IMG/VR virus record: IMGVR_UViG_3300044630_001179
Location: 1-63,750 of that record
Origin: a virus
Lineage: Duplodnaviria > Caudoviricetes
Direction: 5' to 3' (one strand)
DNA: 63,750 nt
Every line of letters begins with the position of its first letter. The first letter of the stretch is position 1. The translations under genes were made by a program, and so were the position numbers. The notes under the pieces are model-generated. The model was not told the DNA's origin. It was given only the letters and a program-made list of their open reading frames with translations, and did no database searches. Shown in pieces: positions 1 to 8,216 of the stretch.

Positions 1-127
1 TTTTGATAGACTCTAACTCGTCTGCCATAATATCAAGTCTGCTGTTATCTTGGTTACTCATCATTACAATTGAATTACCAAAGTGCGTTAATAAGAGTTG
101 CTGTTGTTGAAGTGCTTCTTAGTTTTA
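1..127. repeat. 127-bp terminal direct repeat (copy 1); indicates a circular/complete assembly
   Basis: Bases 1-127 are identical to 63624-63750; 127 is a common assembler k-mer size. Confidence 0.95.
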
Positions 128-560
128 GCACTTGAATAGGAAGTGTTGTTCCTGCCGGTACACCATTAAATGTAATGATGTCACCACCAATTGTAACAAC
201 TGAAACGTTACCCGTTCCACCTACATATAAAAAGCAACCCGGATTACCCATACTTGTTTGAGGAGACATTGTATAAACTACATATGCCTGAGCAGTAGAA
301 GTAAAAATGTTTGCGTTCAAAGTAAGTTGAGTCTGACTATCTACAGATACTACAGTTGCTGCTGTACCGGCTGTGTCATTGTGAACTACATCTCCTGTCT
401 TTATATTTTGAGTAATAAACGTTGCAGCAGAGTCAATTAATTTTGACGCTGTTGCTGTAGTGTTTGTTCCTGATTCAGCTACGTTTGGATATGCAATATC
501 TGCATTATCTGAAGGATGTGCTCTTAGCGACCTTGTGAATGTTGTTTTAAAAACTGACAT
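75..560 (-). CDS. Head spike-base-like virion protein (RcGTA Rcc01079-like) with an inserted beta-rich domain
   Basis: PSD...LYVGGTGNV.V...G..ITFNGVPAG..LPI.V....T.TTAT.I.AL pattern; ~67-aa insert shared with ORF 39791. Confidence 0.55.
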   Translation of the reverse strand: MSVFKTTFTRSLRAHPSDNADIAYPNVAESGTNTTATASKLIDSAATFITQNIKTGDVVHNDTAGTAATVVSVDSQTQLTLNANIFTSTAQAYVVYTMSPQTSMGNPGCFLYVGGTGNVSVVTIGGDIITFNGVPAGTTLPIQVLKLRSTSTTATLINALW

Positions 561-565
561 ATTTT

Positions 566-739
566 TTATTTTTTATCTTGATAAGGAAATGCTCTATTAA
601 GTGCGTCTCTGCGTTCTTTACATCCACAATCTTTACCTGTTGCTTTAGCTACAGTTTCAACTACTTTTTTAATTCCGGTAGCATTTGTGATTTTTTCAAT
701 AGTGTCGCCAAGACCTTTACTTTTTTGTTGCTGTTGCAT
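566..739 (-). CDS. Small phage protein (57 aa, SKGLGDTIEKIT...DCGC..RR..LN)
   Basis: Translated by hand (below ORF-track cut-off); fills gap in the gene string. Confidence 0.7.
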   Translation of the reverse strand: MQQQQKSKGLGDTIEKITNATGIKKVVETVAKATGKDCGCKERRDALNRAFPYQDKK

Positions 740-750
740 TTGATTAGATT

Positions 751-1089
751 TTAAATATTTGAAACTCTTCTACCCATACCAACTCTTGACTTCTCAGCTT
801 TCTTAGCGGCAAGTTTAGAAGGACTTATTTCCGATTTTGTTTTTGGTGTCTTTGAAGACACTCGTGTTGTTGGTCTGCAATATTCATTGCTACCACCTGC
901 ACCACAGGCTTTACCACTTTTTGTATCCTGCCACTTTTCTTTCTCCCATCTTTTCAAACTACTACCTGCTTCAGTCTTTCTAACCACACCTGAACCCTTG
1001 CGACACTTAGCTATTGCTTGTGATGCACGAGCAGATGGGAACACATCATACGATGCTTTGACTTTTTTATAACAGGCATCCTTTGGCAT
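751..1089 (-). CDS. Basic hypothetical phage protein (LKRW.KEKW, YCRP motif; DUF5872-like)
   Basis: ORF track; Lys-rich. Confidence 0.6.
   Translation of the reverse strand: MPKDACYKKVKASYDVFPSARASQAIAKCRKGSGVVRKTEAGSSLKRWEKEKWQDTKSGKACGAGGSNEYCRPTTRVSSKTPKTKSEISPSKLAAKKAEKSRVGMGRRVSNI
846..861 (-). repeat. 16-bp palindrome GTGTCTTCAAAGACAC, copy 1 (inside CDS)
   Basis: Exact match on - strand; encodes VSSKT. Confidence 0.9.
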
Positions 1090-1090
1090 A

Positions 1091-1216
1091 TTACTTATTT
1101 TTCTTAGCGATAGTAGTCTTTGTAGTTTTAGCTACATTGCCTTTAAGAAATTTCATTGGTCCTTCCAATGACTTCTTTGATTCGTACTTTGCTGCTTTTT
1201 TAATTACTTGTTTCAT
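1091..1216 (-). CDS. Small Lys-rich hypothetical protein (41 aa)
   Basis: Translated by hand, MKQVIKKAAK...; abuts both neighbours. Confidence 0.55.
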   Translation of the reverse strand: MKQVIKKAAKYESKKSLEGPMKFLKGNVAKTTKTTIAKKNK

Positions 1217-1506
1217 TAGTATTTCCCTCTTCTGTTTTTAGGACTGCTTTGTGTTGAACCACCTTTACCTGCCCATAAGTTTTTACAAGCCCAATATCTT
1301 GGAGTTAATTTATCGGTTGCGGTATCACAACTATGTCTCGCCTTGAAACTCTTACGAGCTGCATCGCTATAATTGTGTCCATAACCTTTTGCTCCGAAGT
1401 GAAGGAGCTTCTCCTCCCCTCCGGAACAGGCTTTAACCATTTTCTTCTTCCCCGGTCTATCCGAAGCAGTAGGACGGTTACATTGCATCTTTGACTTGTC
1501 TGCCAT
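1216..1506 (-). CDS. Basic hypothetical phage protein (HFGA.GY...RKSFKARH.C...RYWAC; DUF5754-like)
   Basis: ORF track; motif recognition. Confidence 0.6.
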   Translation of the reverse strand: MADKSKMQCNRPTASDRPGKKKMVKACSGGEEKLLHFGAKGYGHNYSDAARKSFKARHSCDTATDKLTPRYWACKNLWAGKGGSTQSSPKNRRGKY

Positions 1507-1511
1507 TGTAA

Positions 1512-1682
1512 TTAGTTTCTAAAATCACGTTTTGTGTGACCCGGATACTGAACTACTTCTTTTGGCTCAGGCATTGCGTATGCGTCTTTAGGAGCAACTG
1601 CTTTTTTTATTTCAGCTACTACTTCTTCAGATACCTGAACGTCTTCTTGGATAACTTCATCAATTAATTTTGACTTTGCCAT
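1512..1682 (-). CDS. Small hypothetical protein (56 aa)
   Basis: Translated by hand, MAKSKLIDEV...; fills gap. Confidence 0.55.
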   Translation of the reverse strand: MAKSKLIDEVIQEDVQVSEEVVAEIKKAVAPKDAYAMPEPKEVVQYPGHTKRDFRN

Positions 1683-1688
1683 AACGTT

Positions 1689-1874
1689 TTACTTTGCTTT
1701 TTTAACTAATTTTTTAGCTACACCTGCAGCTTTTACAGCAACCTTAGCTCCTTTAGAAGGAACACCATTTGCCATTGCTAATGCTTTACCTTTTAAAGCA
1801 TTCTTGATTGAAGGACCACCACCTGAAGGGTTTTTCATTCTTGATGATGCGGGTAAATTTGGAGTTGATTTCAT
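1689..1874 (-). CDS. Lys/Ala-rich small basic protein
   Basis: ORF track. Confidence 0.6.
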   Translation of the reverse strand: MKSTPNLPASSRMKNPSGGGPSIKNALKGKALAMANGVPSKGAKVAVKAAGVAKKLVKKAK

Positions 1875-1899
1875 CTTTTTGATTTTTAAATTTTGAATA

Positions 1900-2133
1900 T
1901 TATAATGTTTGTAATCCTTTTATTTTTCCGGCAGCACCGACACGTCTATACGCACTACCACTACCTTCGGTACTGCTAATGTATCTCTTTTTATTTCGAC
2001 CTAAATTATCTTTAAGTCTTTGCTTGCCTTCTTGCACTGCTTTTATTTTTTGTGCCTGAGCGTTTTTAAAAGTAATAGCGTCTAACTGCTGTTGTAGGCT
2101 TGGTTTATTATCTTCTTGTTTTGCTGTTGCCAT
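1900..2133 (-). CDS. Hypothetical basic protein
   Basis: ORF track; upstream TACATTTG promoter element. Confidence 0.65.
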   Translation of the reverse strand: MATAKQEDNKPSLQQQLDAITFKNAQAQKIKAVQEGKQRLKDNLGRNKKRYISSTEGSGSAYRRVGAAGKIKGLQTL

Positions 2134-2144
2134 AATAAAAATAT

Positions 2145-2165
2145 TAACTTTGCTCTACAAATGTA
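2145..2165. promoter_or_regulatory. Overlapping opposed Bacteroidota-type -7 promoter elements
   Basis: TAACTTTG on + (2145-2152) before ORF 2181; TACATTTG on - (2158-2165) before ORF 2133; both match TAnnTTTG. Confidence 0.6.
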
Positions 2166-2180
2166 ATAAAATTTAATTAA

Positions 2181-2642
2181 ATGAAAACAACACCAAATGA
2201 TTACCTAAAATTTTGGAGAGTCATCAGGTATTACTACAAGGCTAAGTTCCAATTAAGCCAAGCTGACCTCGACATAATCTTGTTTCTTTACTCGGAAGGG
2301 TACTTTGGGAAGGAGAAGTTTGACGAGTTTGCGGAACTCGTGAGTTGGGAAGTAAACAGGTTTAAAAGACTCCACAAAGATGGGTGGATTGAAACCTTCA
2401 GAAGACGTGGACCCAATGGCAGAGCACTTTACCAACTCAGCTACAAGGCAACTCGTCTTGTGCTTGACATTTACAGAAAATTAAGTGGGGAAGAAATCCC
2501 GACAAGTATCTCTGCAAACCCTATGTTCTTGAAGAATGTCTCCTACAACGATAAGGTTTACAGAAATATGATTATCGAGATGAATGCTTATCAAAAAGCC
2601 AATAAGTACAGGAAGCCTACAGCTGAAAAAGCTGAAGACTAA
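2181..2642 (+). CDS. Winged-helix (MarR-like) putative transcription regulator
   Basis: LSQADLDIILFLY...RL..DGWI......R.LYQLS.KA pattern typical of wHTH; lone + gene in a - block. Confidence 0.55.
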   Translation: MKTTPNDYLKFWRVIRYYYKAKFQLSQADLDIILFLYSEGYFGKEKFDEFAELVSWEVNRFKRLHKDGWIETFRRRGPNGRALYQLSYKATRLVLDIYRKLSGEEIPTSISANPMFLKNVSYNDKVYRNMIIEMNAYQKANKYRKPTAEKAED

Positions 2643-2896
2643 AGTACAACTACTACATCACGCTCGGATATTACAGTGTACTGCGTATCATCTATCAGCA
2701 TCGTGAAGCTATGAGCCTTGTCATAGTACAACTCATCGCTTTCGTCAATAACACTTACGTCAGTGCCGGGTGCTATCACCAATGCACGCTTATAGCGTAG
2801 CTGATTGGTATCCTCCCCTGACAATATCAGACCACTCTCTGTGGTTACTGTCTCTTGGATGTCTTTTACGATAATGTATTTGCCTATTGGTTTCAT
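2639..2896 (-). CDS. groES: Co-chaperonin GroES (Cpn10)
   Basis: MKPIGKYIIV, TESGLILS mobile loop, VISERDVVVV; adjacent to GroEL. Confidence 0.85.
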   Translation of the reverse strand: MKPIGKYIIVKDIQETVTTESGLILSGEDTNQLRYKRALVIAPGTDVSVIDESDELYYDKAHSFTMLIDDTQYTVISERDVVVVL

Positions 2897-2900
2897 TTTC

Positions 2901-4517
2901 TTATTGTTGTTGCTCGTATGTACGAGCCATTGTGATAATTGCGTTTGTACTTAGAATGGTTACAGCTACACTTACTGCGTTCTGCAAGGCTGACCTTGTA
3001 ACTTTCAATGGGTCAATAACACCCATCTCAATCAAGTCACCCATCTGACCGGTCTTAAGATTGTATCCGTGACCAACCGGAGTGCTATCCTTGTAGACAT
3101 CGCTTGGTTTAAGTCCTGCGTTAGCAAGTATCTGTTGGAATGGAGCCATAAGTGCGTTACGAACAATGCTTAATGCTGCGTCATACTCAGCACTATTACT
3201 TGGTTCACCCAACTCAGCACTCTCATCAAGTAACGCTTTGCCGGCACCCGGTAAAATTCCTTCCTCAAGTGCGGAACGTACTGCACAAACAGCGTCATCA
3301 ACCCTGTCGTACAACTCTTTTTGCTCCAAGTCAGTCTGACCACCTACAAATATTACACCAATGCCACCTGTAAGTGACGCTATTCTCTCTAATAAGAAGT
3401 CTTTGTCACCTTTCTTAGTCGCTTCTTTGTGTGACTCCCACAACTGCTTCACTCTTTCCTCAACCAAAGCCTCATCAGCCTTAGCTGTACTGCGAATAAT
3501 GACAGTTTTGTCCTTGCTCACAATAACTTTACCTGCGTGACCTAAGTCTCCGTAGTTGATATGGCTCAAATCATCACCTGTCTTCTCACTATAGTAGGTT
3601 GCTCCTACACTAATCGCAATATCTTGCATCAACTCGTGCTGCTTGTAGCCAAAGTTTGGTGGAGGCACTGCCACCACTTTCAAATTACCCTTAACTGAGT
3701 TCGCTGCAAGTGTGTTCACCACATTACTATTACACGGAGAGATGATAAGTAGCTTCTTGCCTTCACTAATGATTGGTTTCAACACATTCTCAATCTGAAG
3801 TATGTTCGCTATCTCCATATCACAAACCAACACCATCACGTCCTCAAACACGCACTCATCTTTTTTGGCATCATTGATAAACATCGGGCTCAAATACCCT
3901 CTGTCAAATTTCAAACCCTTAGTTGTCTCAGCATATGTGTCTGCCGTTTGGCTTCTCTCAACTGTTACAATACCCGTCTTACCAACGTCCTTATAAACTT
4001 CTGCAATAATGCGACCAATCTCTCTGTCGTTGTTGGCTGAGATAGCCGCCACGTCCAATAACATAGTTGAGCTGACCTTTTTCGCTTTACGTCTTAACTT
4101 GTCCACTACCTTACCCGTTATGTCCACCATATGTCTTAGCACCTCAGTCCTGTTCATATCATCTTTGATATGCTCAAGTCCTCCAAGTACCAATCCTTCT
4201 GTAAGAACAATAGCCGTGGTCGTACCATCACCTGCCGAAGTAGCTGTCTTGTCTGCTGCCTCCTTCATCATCTTAACCGCAAGGTTCTCGCTTGGGTCAA
4301 TTAGGTCAATTGACTTGGCAACTGTTACACCATCCTTAGTAACTGTGATGCCGTGTGTGTGATGCGGACTCTCAATGAGTACAGTGTTACCACTTGGTCC
4401 AAGAGTTGACTTAACAGCCTTAGACATCTTAACTACACCACTGATTAATTTCTTTCTGCCGTCCGAACCGAACTGCAAATCCTTGGGTGAGTACCCAATT
4501 CCTGACGTTTCTACCAT
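2901..4517 (-). CDS. groEL: Chaperonin GroEL (Cpn60); likely start ATG at 4517
   Basis: TLGPSG, VTKDGVTVAK, AGDGTTTA, GGQTD.E.KE, EEGILPG, GVIDP.KV.RSALQNA; promoter element overlaps the longer ORF start. Confidence 0.95.
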   Translation of the reverse strand: MVETSGIGYSPKDLQFGSDGRKKLISGVVKMSKAVKSTLGPSGNTVLIESPHHTHGITVTKDGVTVAKSIDLIDPSENLAVKMMKEAADKTATSAGDGTTTAIVLTEGLVLGGLEHIKDDMNRTEVLRHMVDITGKVVDKLRRKAKKVSSTMLLDVAAISANNDREIGRIIAEVYKDVGKTGIVTVERSQTADTYAETTKGLKFDRGYLSPMFINDAKKDECVFEDVMVLVCDMEIANILQIENVLKPIISEGKKLLIISPCNSNVVNTLAANSVKGNLKVVAVPPPNFGYKQHELMQDIAISVGATYYSEKTGDDLSHINYGDLGHAGKVIVSKDKTVIIRSTAKADEALVEERVKQLWESHKEATKKGDKDFLLERIASLTGGIGVIFVGGQTDLEQKELYDRVDDAVCAVRSALEEGILPGAGKALLDESAELGEPSNSAEYDAALSIVRNALMAPFQQILANAGLKPSDVYKDSTPVGHGYNLKTGQMGDLIEMGVIDPLKVTRSALQNAVSVAVTILSTNAIITMARTYEQQQ

Positions 4518-4544
4518 TTGATTATAATTTAATTTACTGTTGTA

Positions 4545-4552
4545 CAAATATA
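4545..4552 (-). promoter_or_regulatory. -7 promoter element for groEL-groES
   Basis: TATATTTG on - strand, 28 nt upstream of ATG 4517. Confidence 0.6.
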
Positions 4553-4634
4553 GTCAACCTGTGGTATATTAAGTGGTATTCTTGAAATATTTTTATTCCA
4601 TAAGATAGATTACACCCGTTAGGGTGAGGGGTTT

Positions 4635-4951
4635 ATGTCAATTTTTGCCGGGCAAATGTCAATTTATGTCGGTTTTATTTTAATTTGTAAAAACTCGACA
4701 TTGGCTCAAACGTAATGCAGTAAAGCATTTAGATGGTTTAGTGACATATGAATGTCACAAATGCAGAAAAATTTCCCCTATTCTCTTATATATATTTCCC
4801 TCCTTTTATTATTTTTTTCCCATATTATTTTCTCTTAAAAATCGACATAATCGACATTAAAAGAATAAAGTATTAATTACTAATAAGTTACAAAAATAAA
4901 ATCGACATAAAAACGACATAAAATCAAGACAAAAATGTCAATATTGACATA
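4635..4951. repeat. AT-rich iteron-like region A (multiple GACAT/ATGTC repeats)
   Basis: More than 10 copies of (T/A)CGACAT or ATGTC(A/G) in both orientations around a pyrimidine/AT-rich core; similar to 14211-14370. Confidence 0.65.
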
Positions 4952-5009
4952 AAGAAAGGGAGACCTAAGAATAAGCCCCCCTTTACTAAACCATAAACCT
5001 CAAAGTATT

Positions 5010-5267
5010 TTAGTCCATCTCAGGACCTTCCATCATTTCAGCTTTGATGTTACCCAAGAACACAGCCTCAGACATACGACTAATCTTCTCAGCGTTGTAC
5101 ATAGCCTTCTTAATCTGTGCAGCTTGTGCGATGCCGGTCTGACCATCAGGACGATTGTTGATTAACATACCATCACTAACATTCAAGCCAAAGCCCGCTC
5201 CCTTTTGCTGATAGATGCTGTTTTTCAAGTCTGCCTTGTAAACAGAATTTCCAAATTTTAGTTTCAT
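5010..5267 (-). CDS. Hypothetical protein
   Basis: ORF track; upstream TATCTTTA -7-like element. Confidence 0.6.
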   Translation of the reverse strand: MKLKFGNSVYKADLKNSIYQQKGAGFGLNVSDGMLINNRPDGQTGIAQAAQIKKAMYNAEKISRMSEAVFLGNIKAEMMEGPEMD

Positions 5268-5594
5268 AATAATTGTTTTAAAACGAATGCGAAATATTTC
5301 AGGGTAAAGATAATTAATTTTTAGATACTCGTAGTGTTGGGGCTATATAGCGGTTTGACGCTGACTGCCCCGGACCGGAAACGACTTTTTTTTTGAGGGG
5401 TGGGGGGTCAATTCGGCTCACGCCTCACAGACTTTTTAGCTTTTTGCCCTGCCTTTGTATGCAGTGGATGGGTCACAGGTAGCGTGACCCGTCCCCTGCC
5501 GGCTGTTGCGTGCCGGCTGTTGCCGTCCCTCCTTGCATTACCCATCCATTGCCCCTGCTTTGCTTTGCTGTATTGAATTGTCAAGCCCTTTGCA

Positions 5595-5610
5595 GTGTCT
5601 TCAAAGACAC
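5595..5610 (+). repeat. 16-bp palindrome, copy 2 (intergenic, upstream of early promoter)
   Basis: Exact match. Confidence 0.9.
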
Positions 5611-5754
5611 AAAAAGAGAGAAAAGGCACAAAGAGAGATGCCTTAGCCCCTGCCTTGCCCTGTGTATGTCTAAACATTGTATGCCCTTTGTACATTACTA
5701 ACAGCCTGACAGCAAAGATTTTTAGCTTGAAATAAAAAAAAGATTGAAAATAAT

Positions 5755-5784
5755 TTTGCAGTATGAAGATTTATACTACATTTG
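5755..5784 (+). promoter_or_regulatory. Early promoter (Bacteroidota sigma70 type)
   Basis: TTTG (5755-5758)-N18-TACATTTG (5777-5784), with an A-rich upstream element, before the first + gene. Confidence 0.7.
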
Positions 5785-5814
5785 TGAAAGAATTAAACAA
5801 TTAATCAACTAAAA

Positions 5815-6465
5815 ATGTACAAAATGAACAATCTATTATCAATTGAAACAGCGTTTCTAAACCTGCCACAAGTGAAGCAGGCATTGAATTTAAGCGAAAT
5901 TCGAGCGGTTCAAAGAACCATCACAAACGCAAAGAAGAAAAAATTCGAGCAAACGCTCGCCCTGTCTAAGTTAGTGACACAGGCTGTTGCGTGGTTTCAG
6001 TCAGAGGATGGCAAACGTGCCTGCAATGATGAGGGCATCAGTTGGAGCAATGAGGAAATAGGCTTGAAGGTTTTCGGATGGCAAAAAAGTTTCTTCTACA
6101 AAGTAGTTAAGGCAGGCAAATTGGATGAGGCAATTGTTACCACGTTCAAAACAAAATGCGATGAGGCAGAAGCAAATGGGGACGAGCCCAACAGGTCATT
6201 GGAAGGCTTATTGAAATTCGCTAAGCAGGTGGAAACAGGAAACACAGGCGGTGGAAATGAGGAGCACGAAATGAGCGACCCTGAAACAACAGGTGAAGCA
6301 CAAATTGAAACAAGGGTTGAAACCATTTTAACGTTCACGTACAAAAATGAAGCAGGCAATGTTTCAGTGCGTATTGATGCAAATGGCGTGGTGAAGACTA
6401 CCAACACAGACGAGCAAATTCGTGAGGCTATTGCAGTATTAAATTTCAGTTTACAAAACAGATAA
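5815..6465 (+). CDS. Early hypothetical protein, possibly HTH-containing
   Basis: ORF track; first gene after early promoter. Confidence 0.7.
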   Translation: MYKMNNLLSIETAFLNLPQVKQALNLSEIRAVQRTITNAKKKKFEQTLALSKLVTQAVAWFQSEDGKRACNDEGISWSNEEIGLKVFGWQKSFFYKVVKAGKLDEAIVTTFKTKCDEAEANGDEPNRSLEGLLKFAKQVETGNTGGGNEEHEMSDPETTGEAQIETRVETILTFTYKNEAGNVSVRIDANGVVKTTNTDEQIREAIAVLNFSLQNR

Positions 6466-6490
6466 TTATCAACCATAAAAATCTACTACA

Positions 6491-7357
6491 ATGCAAACAG
6501 GTATCATTTACACAACCACAGGTCAAAGAGACAGAGGCGAGGTTTCAAATTACCACAGGAAGCCGGAGCCCCTATTTTTAAACAAAACTAAGCACGCTGT
6601 TGACGTGGCAGGCTTAAAGAAGGCAGAGCAAAGAACTGCCATCAAATTTGAGGGCGGAGATTATGAGGCGAAATTTACCATCGGTTTTGAGGTTGAGAAA
6701 AACCAATTGTCACGTAACGCAGTGCGTGAGTATGAGCTTTTTTGTGGCTTCGAGCGTGACGGGTCGTGCGGTTATGAGGCAGTCACTCACGTGCTCCCAT
6801 TACTTCCGGCAGGCAAATGGCGTACAAAGGTTTTTGACCTTATGCACAAAGCCGAAAAAATCATTGATGACAGATACAGCCCGTCTGACAGACGTTGTGG
6901 CGGTCACATTACCATTGCTGCCGATGGCTTCACAGGTGAGGAATTAAGGGCTGCCGTTCGCAAAAATGCAGGCATCATTTACGCCCTATTTCGCAACAGG
7001 CTTGAAAACAGATATTGCAATGCAAACAACAGGATGCAGAATATATCCGGTGACAGGTATCAGGTGAGCCTTGCAAAAGGCAAATGCTTAGAGTTTCGCT
7101 TGCCATCACGTTTTGAGTCTGTTAAGCAAATGATGAGAAGATACGAGTTATTTTATGAGATGGTTAATTTCAGCGTAAGCAAGCCGAACGGGTCACACGA
7201 GGCGTTTTTAAAGAGCATTACGCCCATCGTCTTATCAATGTACAATGGTGACACAGACAAAGCAAATGAGGTTCTGAGACTTGCAAAGCTATTCAGAGCG
7301 TACATCCTTGATGGCACAATACATCCTGACATTGCGAGATATTTAAGAGGATATTAG
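6491..7357 (+). CDS. Putative amidoligase (COOH-NH2 ligase type 2-like)
   Basis: FTIGFEVE, ERDGS.GYEAVT, CGGHITI, LEFRL motifs of the glutamine-synthetase-like amidoligase family. Confidence 0.7.
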   Translation: MQTGIIYTTTGQRDRGEVSNYHRKPEPLFLNKTKHAVDVAGLKKAEQRTAIKFEGGDYEAKFTIGFEVEKNQLSRNAVREYELFCGFERDGSCGYEAVTHVLPLLPAGKWRTKVFDLMHKAEKIIDDRYSPSDRRCGGHITIAADGFTGEELRAAVRKNAGIIYALFRNRLENRYCNANNRMQNISGDRYQVSLAKGKCLEFRLPSRFESVKQMMRRYELFYEMVNFSVSKPNGSHEAFLKSITPIVLSMYNGDTDKANEVLRLAKLFRAYILDGTIHPDIARYLRGY

Positions 7358-7370
7358 GATACAATGGGGG

Positions 7371-7386
7371 GTGTCTTCAAAGACAC
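7371..7386 (+). repeat. 16-bp palindrome, copy 3 (before HH1)
   Basis: Exact match; stem extendable by GGGG/TCCC. Confidence 0.9.
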
Positions 7387-7390
7387 TCCC

Positions 7391-7443
7391 TGCTGTCGCA
7401 GGGTGTTTGCCCTGCCTGACGAGTCCAACAGGACGAAACAGCA
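7391..7443 (+). ncRNA. Hammerhead ribozyme type III (HH1); predicted cleavage after C7397
   Basis: TGCTG-TC | GCAGGG-tgtttg-CCCTGC | CTGACGA | GTCC-aaca-GGAC | GAAA-CAGCA: all core nucleotides and three paired stems. Confidence 0.93.
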
Positions 7444-7464
7444 ACCACAAAAAAATCAAATCAA

Positions 7465-7575
7465 ATGGGAACACACATCACAATTTTAGAGGCAGTAATT
7501 ATCAGCCTGACATCCATCGTTTTATGGGTGTTTGTTAAAACTTTAATTCAACATTATAAACCATCAAAAAAGTAA
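7465..7575 (+). CDS. Small single-TM membrane peptide (36 aa)
   Basis: Translated by hand: MGTHITILEAVIISLTSIVLWVFVKTLIQHYKPSKK; preceded by AATCAAATCAA. Confidence 0.65.
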   Translation: MGTHITILEAVIISLTSIVLWVFVKTLIQHYKPSKK

Positions 7576-7578
7576 GTT

Positions 7579-8118
7579 ATGTACATCAAAACAGCCGAAA
7601 AAGTACGTGTAGAAAATTACCCGTATTCATTTACACTTCGCACTACATTGTTCGACACAATGGAGTTCAACCCTAAAAAAGGTTACAGACACGTGACCCA
7701 AACAATCAACCCAAAGACAGGGCGTGAGAACAACCCAAAGAAATCGACATACTATCCGCTCCTTGTTCGGTACAGAAACGAAGAGGGGCACATAAAAAGT
7801 ATGGCTTTTGACTTCAATGGGCGTGATGAGTTGAACAGGGGCGTTCAGTTTATAGCAGAGAACTTCGACCTATTCAGTGCCGATGAGGTTCAGTATTTGT
7901 ACTCAATCCTATTCACGATGACAGCCGTTGATATGAAGGCGACAGTGATATATGGAGGGGCGAAATTTGACGACCTTAAACCTATTTATGACCCGTTTAT
8001 CGACACTATCAAGCAGGGCTTGACAGGTGGGGGAAATGTACTGACAGGTTTGAGATTAGATGCGGAGGCAATAGAGAAGGCAAAGCCTGAGGGGTACAAT
8101 CCATTCAGAGTTAGGTAG
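7579..8118 (+). CDS. Early hypothetical protein (VENYPY.F.LRT...TQT.NPKTG..N.PKKSTY)
   Basis: ORF track. Confidence 0.75.
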   Translation: MYIKTAEKVRVENYPYSFTLRTTLFDTMEFNPKKGYRHVTQTINPKTGRENNPKKSTYYPLLVRYRNEEGHIKSMAFDFNGRDELNRGVQFIAENFDLFSADEVQYLYSILFTMTAVDMKATVIYGGAKFDDLKPIYDPFIDTIKQGLTGGGNVLTGLRLDAEAIEKAKPEGYNPFRVR

Positions 8119-8127
8119 CAAGTGGGG

Positions 8128-8143
8128 GTGTCTTCAAAGACAC
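8128..8143 (+). repeat. 16-bp palindrome, copy 4 (abuts HH2)
   Basis: Exact match. Confidence 0.9.
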
Positions 8144-8195
8144 TCCGTCCCTGAGTGAGTTGCTCAGGCTGATGAGTCCCAAAGGACGAAACGGA
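8144..8195 (+). ncRNA. Hammerhead ribozyme type III (HH2); predicted cleavage after C8149
   Basis: TCCG-TC | CCTGAG-tgagttg-CTCAGG | CTGATGA | GTCC-caaa-GGAC | GAAA-CGGA. Confidence 0.93.
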
Positions 8196-8216
8196 AACCA
8201 CTTAAATTAAATTCAA

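Noticed and set aside
1-127. 127-bp repeat as a biological terminal repeat
   Set aside because: It cuts through coding sequence and matches a typical assembler k-mer length, so it is most likely the circular-contig overlap
5328-5386. Fourth hammerhead (CTGAC...GAAAC)
   Set aside because: Core reads CTGACTG rather than CTGANGA, and the stems do not form convincingly
5408-5701. ORFs 5408-5695 (-) and 5510-5701 (+)
   Set aside because: Atypical composition, mutually overlapping, no A-rich leader; likely spurious
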